Assembly (NCBI GenBank): GCA_001189155.1
Contig: LFCP01000007.1
Location: 1-58,438, forward strand
DNA length: 58,438 bases
Origin: Parcubacteria bacterium C7867-006
Lineage (GTDB): Bacteria; Patescibacteriota; Minisyncoccia; Phycocordibacterales; DATDWN01
Direction: 5' to 3'
In this document: positions 7,945 through 17,009 of the stretch, in pieces
Layout of the letters: the number at the start of each line of letters is the position of its first letter
Position numbering within the stretch: the first letter of the stretch is position 1
The notes under the pieces: model-generated
Seen by the model: only the letters and a program-made list of their open reading frames with translations
Database searches by the model: none
Told to the model about the DNA's origin: nothing
Program-made: the position numbers and the translations under genes

Positions 7945-7977
7945 TAAAGTTGGTTTTATGCTATTTTTTGTTTTATT

Positions 7978-8049
7978 GCTCTCGTAGTTTAATGGATAGA
8001 ATGTTGGCCTGCGAAGCTGGCGATCCAGGTTCGATTCCTGGCGAGAGCA
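7978..8049 (+). tRNA. tRNA-Arg (anticodon GCG)
   Basis: Acceptor GCTCTCG/CGAGAGC, anticodon loop CTGCGAA, T-arm CCAGGTTCGATTCCTGG. No CCA is encoded. Confidence 0.8.
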
Positions 8050-8056
8050 CAGAAAG

Positions 8057-8518
8057 TTAGAAGCCGAGATACACTAACAGTTTTTCAAGGAATGGTTCAC
8101 TATGCTCTTCTTCTGGCAAGTGTTTTATTAGTAGTGCTCTAACATCAGCTGGTCTAACTTGTGCCTCTTCAATAAAGATAATAATAAGTGGCATAAAAAT
8201 TTTCTTTGATTTCAGTAGTATTCTGTCATTGAACTCTCTTGTCTCAACCCAGAAAGAATCAAGATTTCTATATGGATATAGTATGTTTCCAACTCTTATA
8301 CCCATATCATCTATATCCACTTCAACCTCTGAAGGTTTTTTGGACGCAAACAACATAAGTGTAAAAGATGAAACTATAACTAAAATAGCAAAAATGACAT
8401 TGTTCATTATTATGGAAATGATAGCTATGGAAACAGAAACAATGCTAACAATCCAGTACCAGTCTGCAGTTTTTTCTTGATGTAAATATTCAATTGTGTT
8501 CCAAGATAATTTATCCAT
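8057..8518 (-). CDS. Hypothetical membrane protein (two TM helices plus a soluble domain)
   Basis: 153-aa ORF with a hydrophobic hairpin near the N-terminus. Confidence 0.55.
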   Translation of the reverse strand: MDKLSWNTIEYLHQEKTADWYWIVSIVSVSIAIISIIMNNVIFAILVIVSSFTLMLFASKKPSEVEVDIDDMGIRVGNILYPYRNLDSFWVETREFNDRILLKSKKIFMPLIIIFIEEAQVRPADVRALLIKHLPEEEHSEPFLEKLLVYLGF

Positions 8519-8521
8519 ATA

Positions 8522-8977
8522 TTATGAAAATGTTAATGGTGCAGAATTAATTTTACCAACTGGCGACTCTTTAGTTTCTAGGGAAATATATATATTGAGT
8601 GCACAGGCAATTAGCGCAATGTTTTTTATTATATATTGGCCCTCAAGTGTTGGTACAAACATTTTTTGCCAAACCTCTGCCATAAAAAATAACGGAAGCA
8701 TTGTTGTGACCACATGAAAAGCAAAAAGAGAAAGTGCGATTTTCTCCATTTTTGGAACAAAGAAAAGTATTCCAATTAACATTTCAAATAATCCAAAAAG
8801 TACTATAAAAGATGAGAATGGCATAAATGGGATTATTGGGGTGACTGTTATGTCAAAAAGTTTGTGGACCATCGGGCTGGCGGGTGATAGCCCTACTACT
8901 TTTAATAATCCAAACCAAAAATAAATTATGAATAATGAAAAACGACAAAGAAGAATAGAAAATTGTTTAAGTGACAT
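8522..8977 (-). CDS. Hypothetical integral membrane protein (4 TM helices)
   Basis: 151-aa strongly hydrophobic ORF. Confidence 0.55.
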   Translation of the reverse strand: MSLKQFSILLCRFSLFIIYFWFGLLKVVGLSPASPMVHKLFDITVTPIIPFMPFSSFIVLFGLFEMLIGILFFVPKMEKIALSLFAFHVVTTMLPLFFMAEVWQKMFVPTLEGQYIIKNIALIACALNIYISLETKESPVGKINSAPLTFS

Positions 8978-9072
8978 ATATATAAGTATACTAGATTAGG
9001 AAAAAAGAAAAAATGATTTTGTGGAATAGAAGTCGTACAGACAAAAAACACCTGAACGGTGCTTTTGTTTTG

Positions 9073-9156
9073 CGGAGGTGGTGGGATTCGAACTCACGGT
9101 GCCTTGCGGCACTCTCGTTTTCAAGACGAGCGCACTAGACCACTATGCGACACCTC
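9073..9156 (-). tRNA. tRNA-Ser (anticodon TGA), long variable arm
   Basis: The reverse complement has acceptor GGAGGTG/CACCTCC, anticodon loop CTTGAAA, variable arm GTGCCGCAAGGCAC and T-arm GTGAGTTCGAATCCCAC. Confidence 0.9.
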
Positions 9157-9161
9157 CGTAT

Positions 9162-9401
9162 TTATTTGCTTTCTTCTGTTTCCACTATATATTTTCTAGC
9201 TACGAAATATATATAGAAGATTTCTAGGATACCCAATGTATTAGCTAGAAGTAGTACTACGAACCATTTTTTGTGGGAAAGTCTTGCTGCTTTCCATAGA
9301 GCAACTCCTTTCCAGGGAATTGACCACAAAACTACTACAGCCATTAGCCATATAGGGAAACCATTGTTTAGATTTAACAGTGCGGTATCCATAGGGGACA
9401 T
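9162..9401 (-). CDS. Small membrane protein (2-3 TM helices)
   Basis: 79-aa ORF. The WKGVALWKAARL...NTLGILEIFY pattern recurs in small CPR membrane proteins. Confidence 0.5.
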   Translation of the reverse strand: MSPMDTALLNLNNGFPIWLMAVVVLWSIPWKGVALWKAARLSHKKWFVVLLLANTLGILEIFYIYFVARKYIVETEESK

Positions 9402-9456
9402 AATATCAAAAAACCTTGATAATGCAATCTATTTAAAAGTGCGGTAGAGTAGTTGT

Positions 9457-9840
9457 ATGAAATATTTAGGAATTGATTATGGGCTAAAAAACGTTGGTAT
9501 TGCGATCTCCGATGAGTCATTGAAGTTCGCTTTTCCTTTGGTTGTACTACAGAACTCTGAAATACTGATTTATGATATTGCTAGAATATGTAAGGAAAAT
9601 AATGTTGTGGGTGTGGTGGTTGGAGAGTCAAAGGACTTTGGCCAGAGAGATAATGAGATAATGAAAGAAATAAAACCTTTTGTTGAAAGACTTAAAACTG
9701 AACTAAAGGTTCCTATTATTTTTCATCCAGAGTTTATGACTTCGGTTGAGGCAGAAAGATTGCAAGGTAAAAATAATATGCACGATGCATCTGCTGCAGC
9801 ATTAATATTAAAAAGTTATTTAGATACAAACCATGGATAA
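9457..9840 (+). CDS. ruvX: Putative pre-16S rRNA nuclease / Holliday junction resolvase-like YqgF
   Basis: 127 aa with the RNase H-fold start MKYLGIDYGLKNVGIAISD. Confidence 0.85.
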   Translation: MKYLGIDYGLKNVGIAISDESLKFAFPLVVLQNSEILIYDIARICKENNVVGVVVGESKDFGQRDNEIMKEIKPFVERLKTELKVPIIFHPEFMTSVEAERLQGKNNMHDASAAALILKSYLDTNHG

Positions 9841-10198
9841 TAAAATTGAACATAAACCAACAATAACAATAGATGATTTTCACAAACTAGAAATAAAAAT
9901 CGGACATATTTTGTCTGCTGAAAAAATTCCAGATGCGGATAAACTTTTAAAGTTATCTGTTGATATGGGGGAGGAAAAACCACGGCAAATAGTTTCTGGT
10001 ATTTCTGCATATTTTCCTGAGCCAGAAAAATTAGTTGGTAAAAAATGTGCCTTTGCAGCAAATCTTGAGCCGAGAGTAATTAGGGGTTTAGAAAGTCAGG
10101 GGATGATACTTGCAGTTAGTGGTGTTGATGGAGAAAATAATTTTTTCTCTTTGCTTGAAACTTTAGATAGTGTTGTTCCTGGTTCAACTGTGAAATAA
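9833..10198 (+). CDS. Stand-alone tRNA-binding (EMAP/Trbp111/CsaA-like) domain protein
   Basis: 121 aa. LEIKIGHILSAEKIPDADKLLKLSVDMGEE...QIVSGI...LEPRVIRGLESQGMILA matches the OB-fold domain usually found at the C-terminus of MetRS. Confidence 0.85.
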   Translation: MDNKIEHKPTITIDDFHKLEIKIGHILSAEKIPDADKLLKLSVDMGEEKPRQIVSGISAYFPEPEKLVGKKCAFAANLEPRVIRGLESQGMILAVSGVDGENNFFSLLETLDSVVPGSTVK

Positions 10199-10238
10199 CT
10201 CCTGTTTTTGATTGAGCATTTGTTATATAATTGAACAA

Positions 10239-11219
10239 ATGAAGACTGATAATTTCTTTGGTAAAATTTTTGATGCATTTCCTCCACCAGATTTTCTGAA
10301 TATTCCATTCGCTGGATTGTCTATATCCGACACTTCCATTAGGTCAGTACAGTTTGGTAGAAAAGGCGGAAAACTCTATATACAAAAATATACAGAAAAA
10401 CCAATACCTGAGGGGGTTATTACTTCCGGTGTAATCAACAATCAAGATGAGGTTGTGAAGTTGTTAACAGAGGTAAAAAACGAACTAAAATTAGGATACG
10501 TAAAAATTTCGCTACCAGAGGAGAGAGCGTATCTGTTTACCACAAAACTTCCACCAGTTTCTCAAAAGGAATTACGTAGTGCTATAGAGTCAAAAATGGA
10601 AGAAAATGTTCCAGTTTCTCCTTTGGAATTAACGTTTGATTATAAAATTTTCTATCATAAACAGAGAGATCATTTGGATATATCTGTTTCAGCTTTACCA
10701 ATTAGTCTTATAGATCAGTATGTTGATATGGCGAGTAAATCTGGTCTCTCACTACTTTCTTTGGAAATAGAATCTCAGGCTATAATCAGATCTCTTTTAC
10801 CTTCAAATAATAAAGATACAGTTTTGATTATTCATTTTAGTCCAGGAAAAGTTAGTTTGTATGTTTCTACATATAGAGTGGTTAGGTTTACATCAACTAT
10901 TCCAACAAGAGGTGAGCAGGCAAACAACCCAGGATTTTTGCTACAAGAAATAAAAAAACTCTATACTTATTGGAACACTCTAAAAGAGAATGTAGATAAG
11001 GCCGACAGAAAAATAAGTCAGATTATTGTGTGTGGAGAAAAATTTGAAGACACAATGATTTCTTATCTTTCTTCTCATTTGGACACTCCTATTGTTATGG
11101 GAAATGTTTGGACAAACGTTTTTGATATAAATAGTAGTTTGCCGGAAATATCATTCTCTGATTCTTTGAGATTTTCTGCCTCTGTTGGGCTCGCACTTCC
11201 GGGAGATGTATTAATATAA
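10239..11219 (+). CDS. pilM: Type IV pilus assembly protein PilM (actin-like ATPase fold)
   Basis: ~326 aa. The GLSISDTSIRSVQF start of the actin-like fold is followed by PilN/PilO-like genes. A TTG at 10212 is an alternative start. Confidence 0.75.
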   Translation: MKTDNFFGKIFDAFPPPDFLNIPFAGLSISDTSIRSVQFGRKGGKLYIQKYTEKPIPEGVITSGVINNQDEVVKLLTEVKNELKLGYVKISLPEERAYLFTTKLPPVSQKELRSAIESKMEENVPVSPLELTFDYKIFYHKQRDHLDISVSALPISLIDQYVDMASKSGLSLLSLEIESQAIIRSLLPSNNKDTVLIIHFSPGKVSLYVSTYRVVRFTSTIPTRGEQANNPGFLLQEIKKLYTYWNTLKENVDKADRKISQIIVCGEKFEDTMISYLSSHLDTPIVMGNVWTNVFDINSSLPEISFSDSLRFSASVGLALPGDVLI

Positions 11220-11223
11220 AAAA

Positions 11224-11766
11224 ATGTTTAACCTTTTACCTGAGAACTTAAAAAAGAATATAAAAAAAGAGTACAACCTCAGAAGAGTTATTATTATTTT
11301 GCTGTTTTTTGCTTTTGTTCAAATAAGTTTTATGATTTTTTTACTTCCAACTTGGTTAATGTCTAACTATAAAGAAGAAGATATTAATTTAAGAGGAATA
11401 AATTTAAATAATCATTTGGAGAGTTTAAATATTGCTTCTACTACTGAAAATATAAAATCTTTAAATTCCCAGCTTTCTATAATGGATAAAGCTTTAAGTT
11501 ACCCAGAAATTATTCCTTATTTGGATGCTGTTTTGTCAAAAAGATCTAAAACAATCAATATAAGCGGTATTTCTTATGCAGTAAGTGATAGTAAAAATGC
11601 AGTTTTAACAATTGATGGAACATCTGGAACTAGAGAGGCACTAGTTAGTTTTGTAAAAAATCTACAAGCATTAGGGATGTTTAAAACTGTTGATTTGCCA
11701 ATATCAAACTTAGCTAAGGACAAAGACTTAACATTTTCAATAAAAATAACAATTTCTGAATCATAA
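11224..11766 (+). CDS. pilN: PilN-like pilus assembly protein
   Basis: 180 aa. N-terminal NLLP motif followed by a single TM helix, which is typical of PilN. Confidence 0.7.
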   Translation: MFNLLPENLKKNIKKEYNLRRVIIILLFFAFVQISFMIFLLPTWLMSNYKEEDINLRGINLNNHLESLNIASTTENIKSLNSQLSIMDKALSYPEIIPYLDAVLSKRSKTINISGISYAVSDSKNAVLTIDGTSGTREALVSFVKNLQALGMFKTVDLPISNLAKDKDLTFSIKITISES

Positions 11767-11771
11767 ACAAA

Positions 11772-12332
11772 ATGAGCAATTCAAATTCTTTCAAAAAAAT
11801 AATTGCATTACTTTCAGTCATTGTACTTGTGCTACTTTGTGCGCAGTATTTTTTGTATGTTGAGATTAGTACAAAAAACAAAAAGATTTCAGAAATGGTA
11901 AACAGTCTAGATTTACAGGAAAATCGCCAAGACTATCTGATTTCAATGCAGAATATGTTGAACAGTATGTCTTCTAATGTTGAAGCCATTAATAGCTCAG
12001 TAGTATCAAGTGATGCTGATGTTCAGTTTATTGAGTACCTAGAATCTTTAGCAAAAGAAAACAGAGTGAACTTAAAAATTGATAACTTATCGTTTGAGGA
12101 CAGTGCTATTTTGAAAGATAGTAATGTTACTAATTTTAAAATAAAAGCCAATACTTCTGGTCCTTGGTCTGGTACATATGCTTTTATTTCAAAGTTAGAG
12201 TCTATGCAATATAAAGTAAAAATAAATAAATTTTCTGCAGTTAGCCAGACAACCGACTTGGGTGATCAGGTTACAAAAAGTACAGGGGAGTGGAAAAGTA
12301 ATTTTGAAATGGTTGTATTAAAATACAAATAA
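11772..12332 (+). CDS. pilO: PilO-like pilus assembly protein
   Basis: 186 aa with a TM helix, coiled coil and ferredoxin-like C-terminus. Position after pilN supports the call. Confidence 0.55.
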   Translation: MSNSNSFKKIIALLSVIVLVLLCAQYFLYVEISTKNKKISEMVNSLDLQENRQDYLISMQNMLNSMSSNVEAINSSVVSSDADVQFIEYLESLAKENRVNLKIDNLSFEDSAILKDSNVTNFKIKANTSGPWSGTYAFISKLESMQYKVKINKFSAVSQTTDLGDQVTKSTGEWKSNFEMVVLKYK

Positions 12333-12333
12333 A

Positions 12334-12669
12334 ATGTTAGATAAAATTAAACAAATCAAAGACTGGTTTAAAAAGGTAACCAAAACAAAAAACTCTTATG
12401 AAAAGGGTGAAATAAAACCAACAAGAGATTGGCGAGTTATTTTGACTACAACTTTTTTTGTTTTAGTTATTCTTGGTGGAGTCGCCAGTTTTTTCTATTT
12501 TCAGGTCAGTAATGGGAGTTTGTTTTCAGTATCACCAGATATGAGTGATGGAGAAATTAAAATAAATAGGCCTCTTTTTGATAAAGCTGTTGCTGATATT
12601 AATATTCGAAAAACTGTATTTGAACGTGTAAAAGATGGTAAAAATATTCCATCAGACCCATCTTTATAG
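12334..12669 (+). CDS. Single-pass membrane protein, last gene of the pilMNO cluster
   Basis: 111-aa ORF abutting the pilO-like gene, with one TM helix. Confidence 0.5.
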   Translation: MLDKIKQIKDWFKKVTKTKNSYEKGEIKPTRDWRVILTTTFFVLVILGGVASFFYFQVSNGSLFSVSPDMSDGEIKINRPLFDKAVADINIRKTVFERVKDGKNIPSDPSL

Positions 12670-12715
12670 TTTTTCGATTCTTATCTAGATGCGTGCTTTG
12701 TATAGGTATTTTTTG

Positions 12716-12787
12716 TGCTCTCGGTAAGAATCGAACTTACATCAGCGGCTTAGAAGTCCGCGGTTCTATCCATTGAACTACGAGAGC
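12716..12787 (-). tRNA. tRNA-Arg (anticodon TCT)
   Basis: The reverse complement has acceptor GCTCTCG/CGAGAGC, anticodon loop CTTCTAA and T-arm GTAAGTTCGATTCTTAC. Confidence 0.85.
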
Positions 12788-12789
12788 AT

Positions 12790-12865
12790 TGGTGCGCGAT
12801 ACAGGACTCGAACCTGTGACCTACCCGGTGTAAACGGGTTGCTCTACCAACTGAGCTAACCGCGC
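12790..12865 (-). tRNA. tRNA-Val (anticodon TAC), CCA encoded
   Basis: The reverse complement reads GCGCGGTTAGCTCAGTTGGTAGAGC..., with anticodon loop TTTACAC, T-arm ACAGGTTCGAGTCCTGT and ...ATCGCGCACCA. Confidence 0.9.
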
Positions 12866-12922
12866 GTGAATTCAGAATAACCTAGATTGTCTCTTTTGTA
12901 AAATGAGGGTACAATGTTTTAA

Positions 12923-13597
12923 ATGAAAATACCGAACTGCGTTGGGATTATATTGGATGGGAACAGAACGTGGGCTAAAAACAAAGGACTGCCTAAGTTA
13001 GAGGGGCATCGGGTCGGACTTCAAACACTAAAAGCTACAACTCTTTTTGTCCGTGATGCTGGGGTTAAGCATCTAGTTGTTTATATGTTTTCTACCGAAA
13101 ACTGGGGAAGAGAGCCATTAGAGGTGTCATATCTTCTAGATCTTTTTCGTAGTTCAATAAAAAATGAAATAAGTGAACTTGGAAAGGAAGGGGTGCGGAT
13201 TCGTTTTGTGGGTCAACGAGAAAGATTTAGCAAAGATTTACAGGAAGCAATGGAAAGTACTGAAAAAGATACTGAAAATAATTCGGGTATTACTTTATGG
13301 GCCTGTATGTCGTACGGTGGTAGGGCAGAGATAACACAAGCAGTAAAATCTCTTATTAACTCTGGCGAAGAAATAACAGAAGAAAATATAAGTAAGAATT
13401 TATGGACTTCTGGAATGCCTGATCCGGATATTATCATTCGAACATCTGGTCAAATGAGGCTTTCAGGTTTCCTAGCTTGGCAGAGTATTTATAGTGAGCT
13501 ATTTTTCATAAAAACACTTTGGCCAGATTTTTCTAAAGAAGAATTTGAAAAAATTCTAACAGAGTATAACGATAGAGAGATAAAACTAGGTAAATAA
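12923..13597 (+). CDS. uppS: Undecaprenyl diphosphate synthase (cis-prenyltransferase)
   Basis: 224 aa with GIILDGNRTWAK, FSTENWGR and RTSGQMRLSGFLAWQ motifs. Confidence 0.93.
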   Translation: MKIPNCVGIILDGNRTWAKNKGLPKLEGHRVGLQTLKATTLFVRDAGVKHLVVYMFSTENWGREPLEVSYLLDLFRSSIKNEISELGKEGVRIRFVGQRERFSKDLQEAMESTEKDTENNSGITLWACMSYGGRAEITQAVKSLINSGEEITEENISKNLWTSGMPDPDIIIRTSGQMRLSGFLAWQSIYSELFFIKTLWPDFSKEEFEKILTEYNDREIKLGK

Positions 13598-13598
13598 T

Positions 13599-14318
13599 AT
13601 GGAGCCAACTATTTTATATGAAGACAACAATCTGCTTGCTATAAACAAGCCAGCTGGACTTGTTGTGCATAGTGACGGAAAAACAAAAGAACCAAACTTA
13701 GTTGATTGGCTTGTTTTAAAATATCCAGAAATAAAAACAGTTGGGGAACATGGAAGAGATAGTGAGGGAAAAGAAGTCTTGCGTTCCGGAATAGTTCATC
13801 GTTTAGATAGAGATACTTCTGGTGTTATGCTTGTAGCAAAAACACAGGAAGCTTTTGAAAATCTAAAATCTCAATTTCAAAATCATGAGGTGGAAAAAAC
13901 TTATCATGCTTTTGTTTTGGGTGAAATGAAAACAGAAAAGGGTGTAATAGATAGACCTATCGGCAGAAGTAGTAAAGATTTCCGTATGTGGTCTGCACAG
14001 AGAGGTGCAAGGGGGGAGCTACGAGAGGCAATAACTGAATACAAAGTTTTGGCTAAAAAAGACGGCTATACTTTTGTTGAAGTAAAACCAAAAACAGGCC
14101 GAACCCATCAAATCAGAGTCCATTTTAAGGCTATAAACCACTCATTGGTTGGAGATTCTTTATATGCCCCAACACAGGAAAACAAGCTTGGATTCGCAAG
14201 AACAGCTTTGCATTCATATAGGGTTAATTTTAGTGGTTTAGATGGACAAAGTCATACTATAACAGCCCCGTATCCAGAGGATTTTTCTAGAGCTGTGGCT
14301 CTGTTGCAAAGCGTCTAG
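13599..14318 (+). CDS. RluA-family pseudouridine synthase
   Basis: 239 aa with the catalytic HRLDRDTSGVMLVAK motif and the GRTHQIRVH motif. Confidence 0.9.
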   Translation: MEPTILYEDNNLLAINKPAGLVVHSDGKTKEPNLVDWLVLKYPEIKTVGEHGRDSEGKEVLRSGIVHRLDRDTSGVMLVAKTQEAFENLKSQFQNHEVEKTYHAFVLGEMKTEKGVIDRPIGRSSKDFRMWSAQRGARGELREAITEYKVLAKKDGYTFVEVKPKTGRTHQIRVHFKAINHSLVGDSLYAPTQENKLGFARTALHSYRVNFSGLDGQSHTITAPYPEDFSRAVALLQSV

Positions 14319-14343
14319 TCTTGTGTTAGATTACTAGCTACTT

Positions 14344-14760
14344 ATGGAAATTCAGTCACCAGTAAAAATCGCTGACCGAAAAAACTTTGATATCAGATCA
14401 GGGGATACAGTTCGTGTTTGGCAAAAAATTCAGGAAAAAGACAAAATCAGACTTCAGGCTTTTGAGGGTTTGGTTATAGCTGTTAAGCATGGAAAAGAGG
14501 CTGGAGCTACTTTTACAGTTAGACGAGTAGCATCTGGAGTAGGAGTTGAAAAAATATTCCCACTATACTCTCCAATGATTGATTCTATTGAAACAGTAAA
14601 AAGATCAAAAGTAAGGCGAGCAAAGTTGTATCACGTAAGAGATAAAGCAGCAAAGGAAATTAGACGACAAATGAGAAATATTCGAGCTCTTCCAGACAAT
14701 ACTCCAAGTGAGGAAGAAGTAGTAGAAGAAGCTCCAGCAGAAGAGGCAAAAGCAGAATAA
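14344..14760 (+). CDS. rplS: 50S ribosomal protein L19 with an acidic C-terminal tail
   Basis: 138 aa with FDIRSGDTVRV...RLQAFEGLVIA...GATFTVRR...GVEKIFPLYSP. Confidence 0.92.
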   Translation: MEIQSPVKIADRKNFDIRSGDTVRVWQKIQEKDKIRLQAFEGLVIAVKHGKEAGATFTVRRVASGVGVEKIFPLYSPMIDSIETVKRSKVRRAKLYHVRDKAAKEIRRQMRNIRALPDNTPSEEEVVEEAPAEEAKAE

Positions 14761-14763
14761 TCA

Positions 14764-14787
14764 AAAACTCCCGAAAGGGAGTTTTTG
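14764..14787 (+). terminator. Intrinsic terminator after rplS
   Basis: AAAAACTCCC-GAAA-GGGAGTTTTT. Confidence 0.8.
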
Positions 14788-14826
14788 ATTGAAATAAAAA
14801 TTAAACTCCAATATACTGCTTCTATT

Positions 14827-14911
14827 GCCCAGGTGTTGAAATTGGTAGACAAGCACCCTTGAGGTGGGTGTGCCGTAAGGTGTGGAGGTTCGAGTCCTCT
14901 CCTGGGCACCA
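14827..14911 (+). tRNA. tRNA-Leu (anticodon GAG), long variable arm, CCA encoded
   Basis: Acceptor GCCCAGG/CCTGGGC, anticodon loop TTGAGGT, T-arm GGAGGTTCGAGTCCTCT. Confidence 0.9.
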
Positions 14912-14915
14912 AAAT

Positions 14916-15557
14916 ATGTTTTTACAAATAGAGCAATTACTTTTTTCTGTATCTAACCAGGTTCCTCTTTGGTTCTTTTCTATTACTTCCTCTTTGGTAG
15001 AAGAAATAATCGCTCCAATACCTTCACCTTTGGCTATGACGATTACTGGCTCTATGGCTAAAATTCAGGATGTGAGTTTCTATTATCTTTTGTTTTTGAC
15101 TTTATTGGGTGCAATAGGTAAGACGGTCGGTTCTGTTGTTGTATATTTTTTGGCTGACAAGATTGAGGATGTTTTTTCTGGGATTTTTGAAAAATATTTT
15201 GGTATAAATCATGAACAAATAGAATCTTTTGGTAATAAATTTAACGGTAGTTATAAAGATTATTTTATAATGTTTTTTTTGAGAGCGGTGCCTATTTTAC
15301 CGAGCTCTTTGATTTCTGTTGGTAGTGGAGTTTTAAGAGTTTCTAAGAGAGTTTTTATTATGTCAACTTTTTTAGGTTCTTTAGTTAGGGATTTTATTTA
15401 TATTTACTTTGGTTATGCTGGTGTAGTTGTTTTGGGTGAATTTATAAAAAAAACAGGTGACGTTGAATCTTTAGTTCAAAAGATAGTATTTATAATAATT
15501 TTTGCAACCCTTTCTTTTTTGTTTTTTAAGAAAAATAGTAAAAAAACTAGAGTCTAG
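14916..15557 (+). CDS. DedA/VTT-domain family membrane protein
   Basis: The ATG at 14916 lies just after the tRNA; the tracked start at 14859 lies inside tRNA-Leu. Multi-pass membrane protein with the ...VPILPSSLISVGSG... motif. Confidence 0.7.
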   Translation: MFLQIEQLLFSVSNQVPLWFFSITSSLVEEIIAPIPSPLAMTITGSMAKIQDVSFYYLLFLTLLGAIGKTVGSVVVYFLADKIEDVFSGIFEKYFGINHEQIESFGNKFNGSYKDYFIMFFLRAVPILPSSLISVGSGVLRVSKRVFIMSTFLGSLVRDFIYIYFGYAGVVVLGEFIKKTGDVESLVQKIVFIIIFATLSFLFFKKNSKKTRV

Positions 15558-15610
15558 ATTTGATAACGATTTTGTGTTACAACTTATATACTTTCATTTG
15601 AAAGTTTAAT

Positions 15611-15682
15611 GGTGGCTATGGTGTAGCGGTAGCACAAGAGCTTGTGGAGCTTTTAGTCTGGGTTCAACTCCCAGTAGCCACC
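15611..15682 (+). tRNA. tRNA-His (anticodon GTG) with encoded G-1
   Basis: An extra 5' G pairs with C73. Anticodon loop TTGTGGA, T-arm CTGGGTTCAACTCCCAG. Confidence 0.85.
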
Positions 15683-15800
15683 CAAAAAGGAACATAAATA
15701 TACCTCCTAAAATAACCTTGTGTAGCAAGGTTATTTTAGTGTCAAAAAAGTATAATGGTTCTCGTTAGAGTACTAAGATTCCTTTTGGTATACTTTCTCT

Positions 15801-16436
15801 ATGAATGTTAAATTGCATATATTAAAACAAAGTACTAGATTAAATTCATTTGAAGAGATAATTCGGAAATCATTTGAGGAGGGAATTAATAAAATACAAA
15901 ATAAAATTATTTTACCAAATGTTGATGTCGTTGTTTCAGATAATCCAGGTTCTTCTATTCCAGAGACTGGAGTGGGTGGTTATGCTCCAACAGCCAATTT
16001 AGTTTATATAAATATAAATCCAGAGTTCTCTGATTTAGAAAAGACTCTGTTTGATGAAATACAAAGTACTCTAGCTCATGAGTTGCATCACTGTGCTCGT
16101 ACAGAAAAAATTGGGTATGGTAAAACTCTTCTGGAAGCATTAGTTTCAGAAGGTTTAGCAGATAACTTTGATATTGAGGTTAATAATAAAAAACCCAAAC
16201 CTTGGAGTGTGGCAATAAAAGATGAAGAACTGAAAGATTTAAAAAAGAAAGCAGAGAAAGATTTTAATAACGATAAATATAATCACTCAGCATGGTTTTT
16301 TGGTTCAAGGGATTTAAATATTCCAAGATGGGCAGGATATTCTCTTGGTTTTGATATAGTAAAAGATTATTTGAAAAAAACGGATAAAACTGCTTCTGAA
16401 TTAGTTGTAACTGACGCATCAGAATTTATTAAGTAA
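15801..16436 (+). CDS. Putative Zn-dependent protease (DUF2268-like, HExxH)
   Basis: 211 aa with an AHELHHCAR metal-binding motif. Confidence 0.5.
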   Translation: MNVKLHILKQSTRLNSFEEIIRKSFEEGINKIQNKIILPNVDVVVSDNPGSSIPETGVGGYAPTANLVYININPEFSDLEKTLFDEIQSTLAHELHHCARTEKIGYGKTLLEALVSEGLADNFDIEVNNKKPKPWSVAIKDEELKDLKKKAEKDFNNDKYNHSAWFFGSRDLNIPRWAGYSLGFDIVKDYLKKTDKTASELVVTDASEFIK

Positions 16437-16598
16437 TTTTCTGCAAATCTTTTATAAACTGAAGCCGTGTATAGAGATTCTGCATTTATTCGGTATCAGA
16501 AATCGTCAGTATAATCTTATCAAGACTAAGACCTAAGAAAGTATTTTGTTGTCTGTGCTATAATGTTTTTTTTAATTATTTTATAACCATCAGAACGA

Positions 16599-16994
16599 AT
16601 GTATACAAAAGATAATTTTATAAAGTCACTTAAGAATGAAGTAAGGATAATAAAAAATTTAGCAAAAAAGATACCAGAAGGAACAATGGATTATAGGCCA
16701 ACACCGGTACAGAGAAGCACTTTAGAGCTTCTGCAGTATTTGAGTATATCTGGAGCTGGAACAATGAAAGCTATTTTAACAGGTGATATAAAAGTTTATG
16801 GTGAATATCATACCTTTACACAGGATGTAGATTTCTATGGAATAAAGACAAAAGTAGAGCATTTGATAGATGGAGTTTTAAAAAATTTTGCGGCATATAG
16901 AATGCAGTTATTTCTGTATATGAAATCTAATGGTGCTTATGTTTCTACAATGGATTTGTGGGCTGGTATGGATACTCCTCCAAAACAGAATTAA
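16599..16994 (+). CDS. Hypothetical protein (possibly DinB-like helical bundle)
   Basis: 131-aa ORF with no firm motif. Confidence 0.4.
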   Translation: MYTKDNFIKSLKNEVRIIKNLAKKIPEGTMDYRPTPVQRSTLELLQYLSISGAGTMKAILTGDIKVYGEYHTFTQDVDFYGIKTKVEHLIDGVLKNFAAYRMQLFLYMKSNGAYVSTMDLWAGMDTPPKQN

Positions 16995-17009
16995 ATAAAA
17001 ATAATCCAT

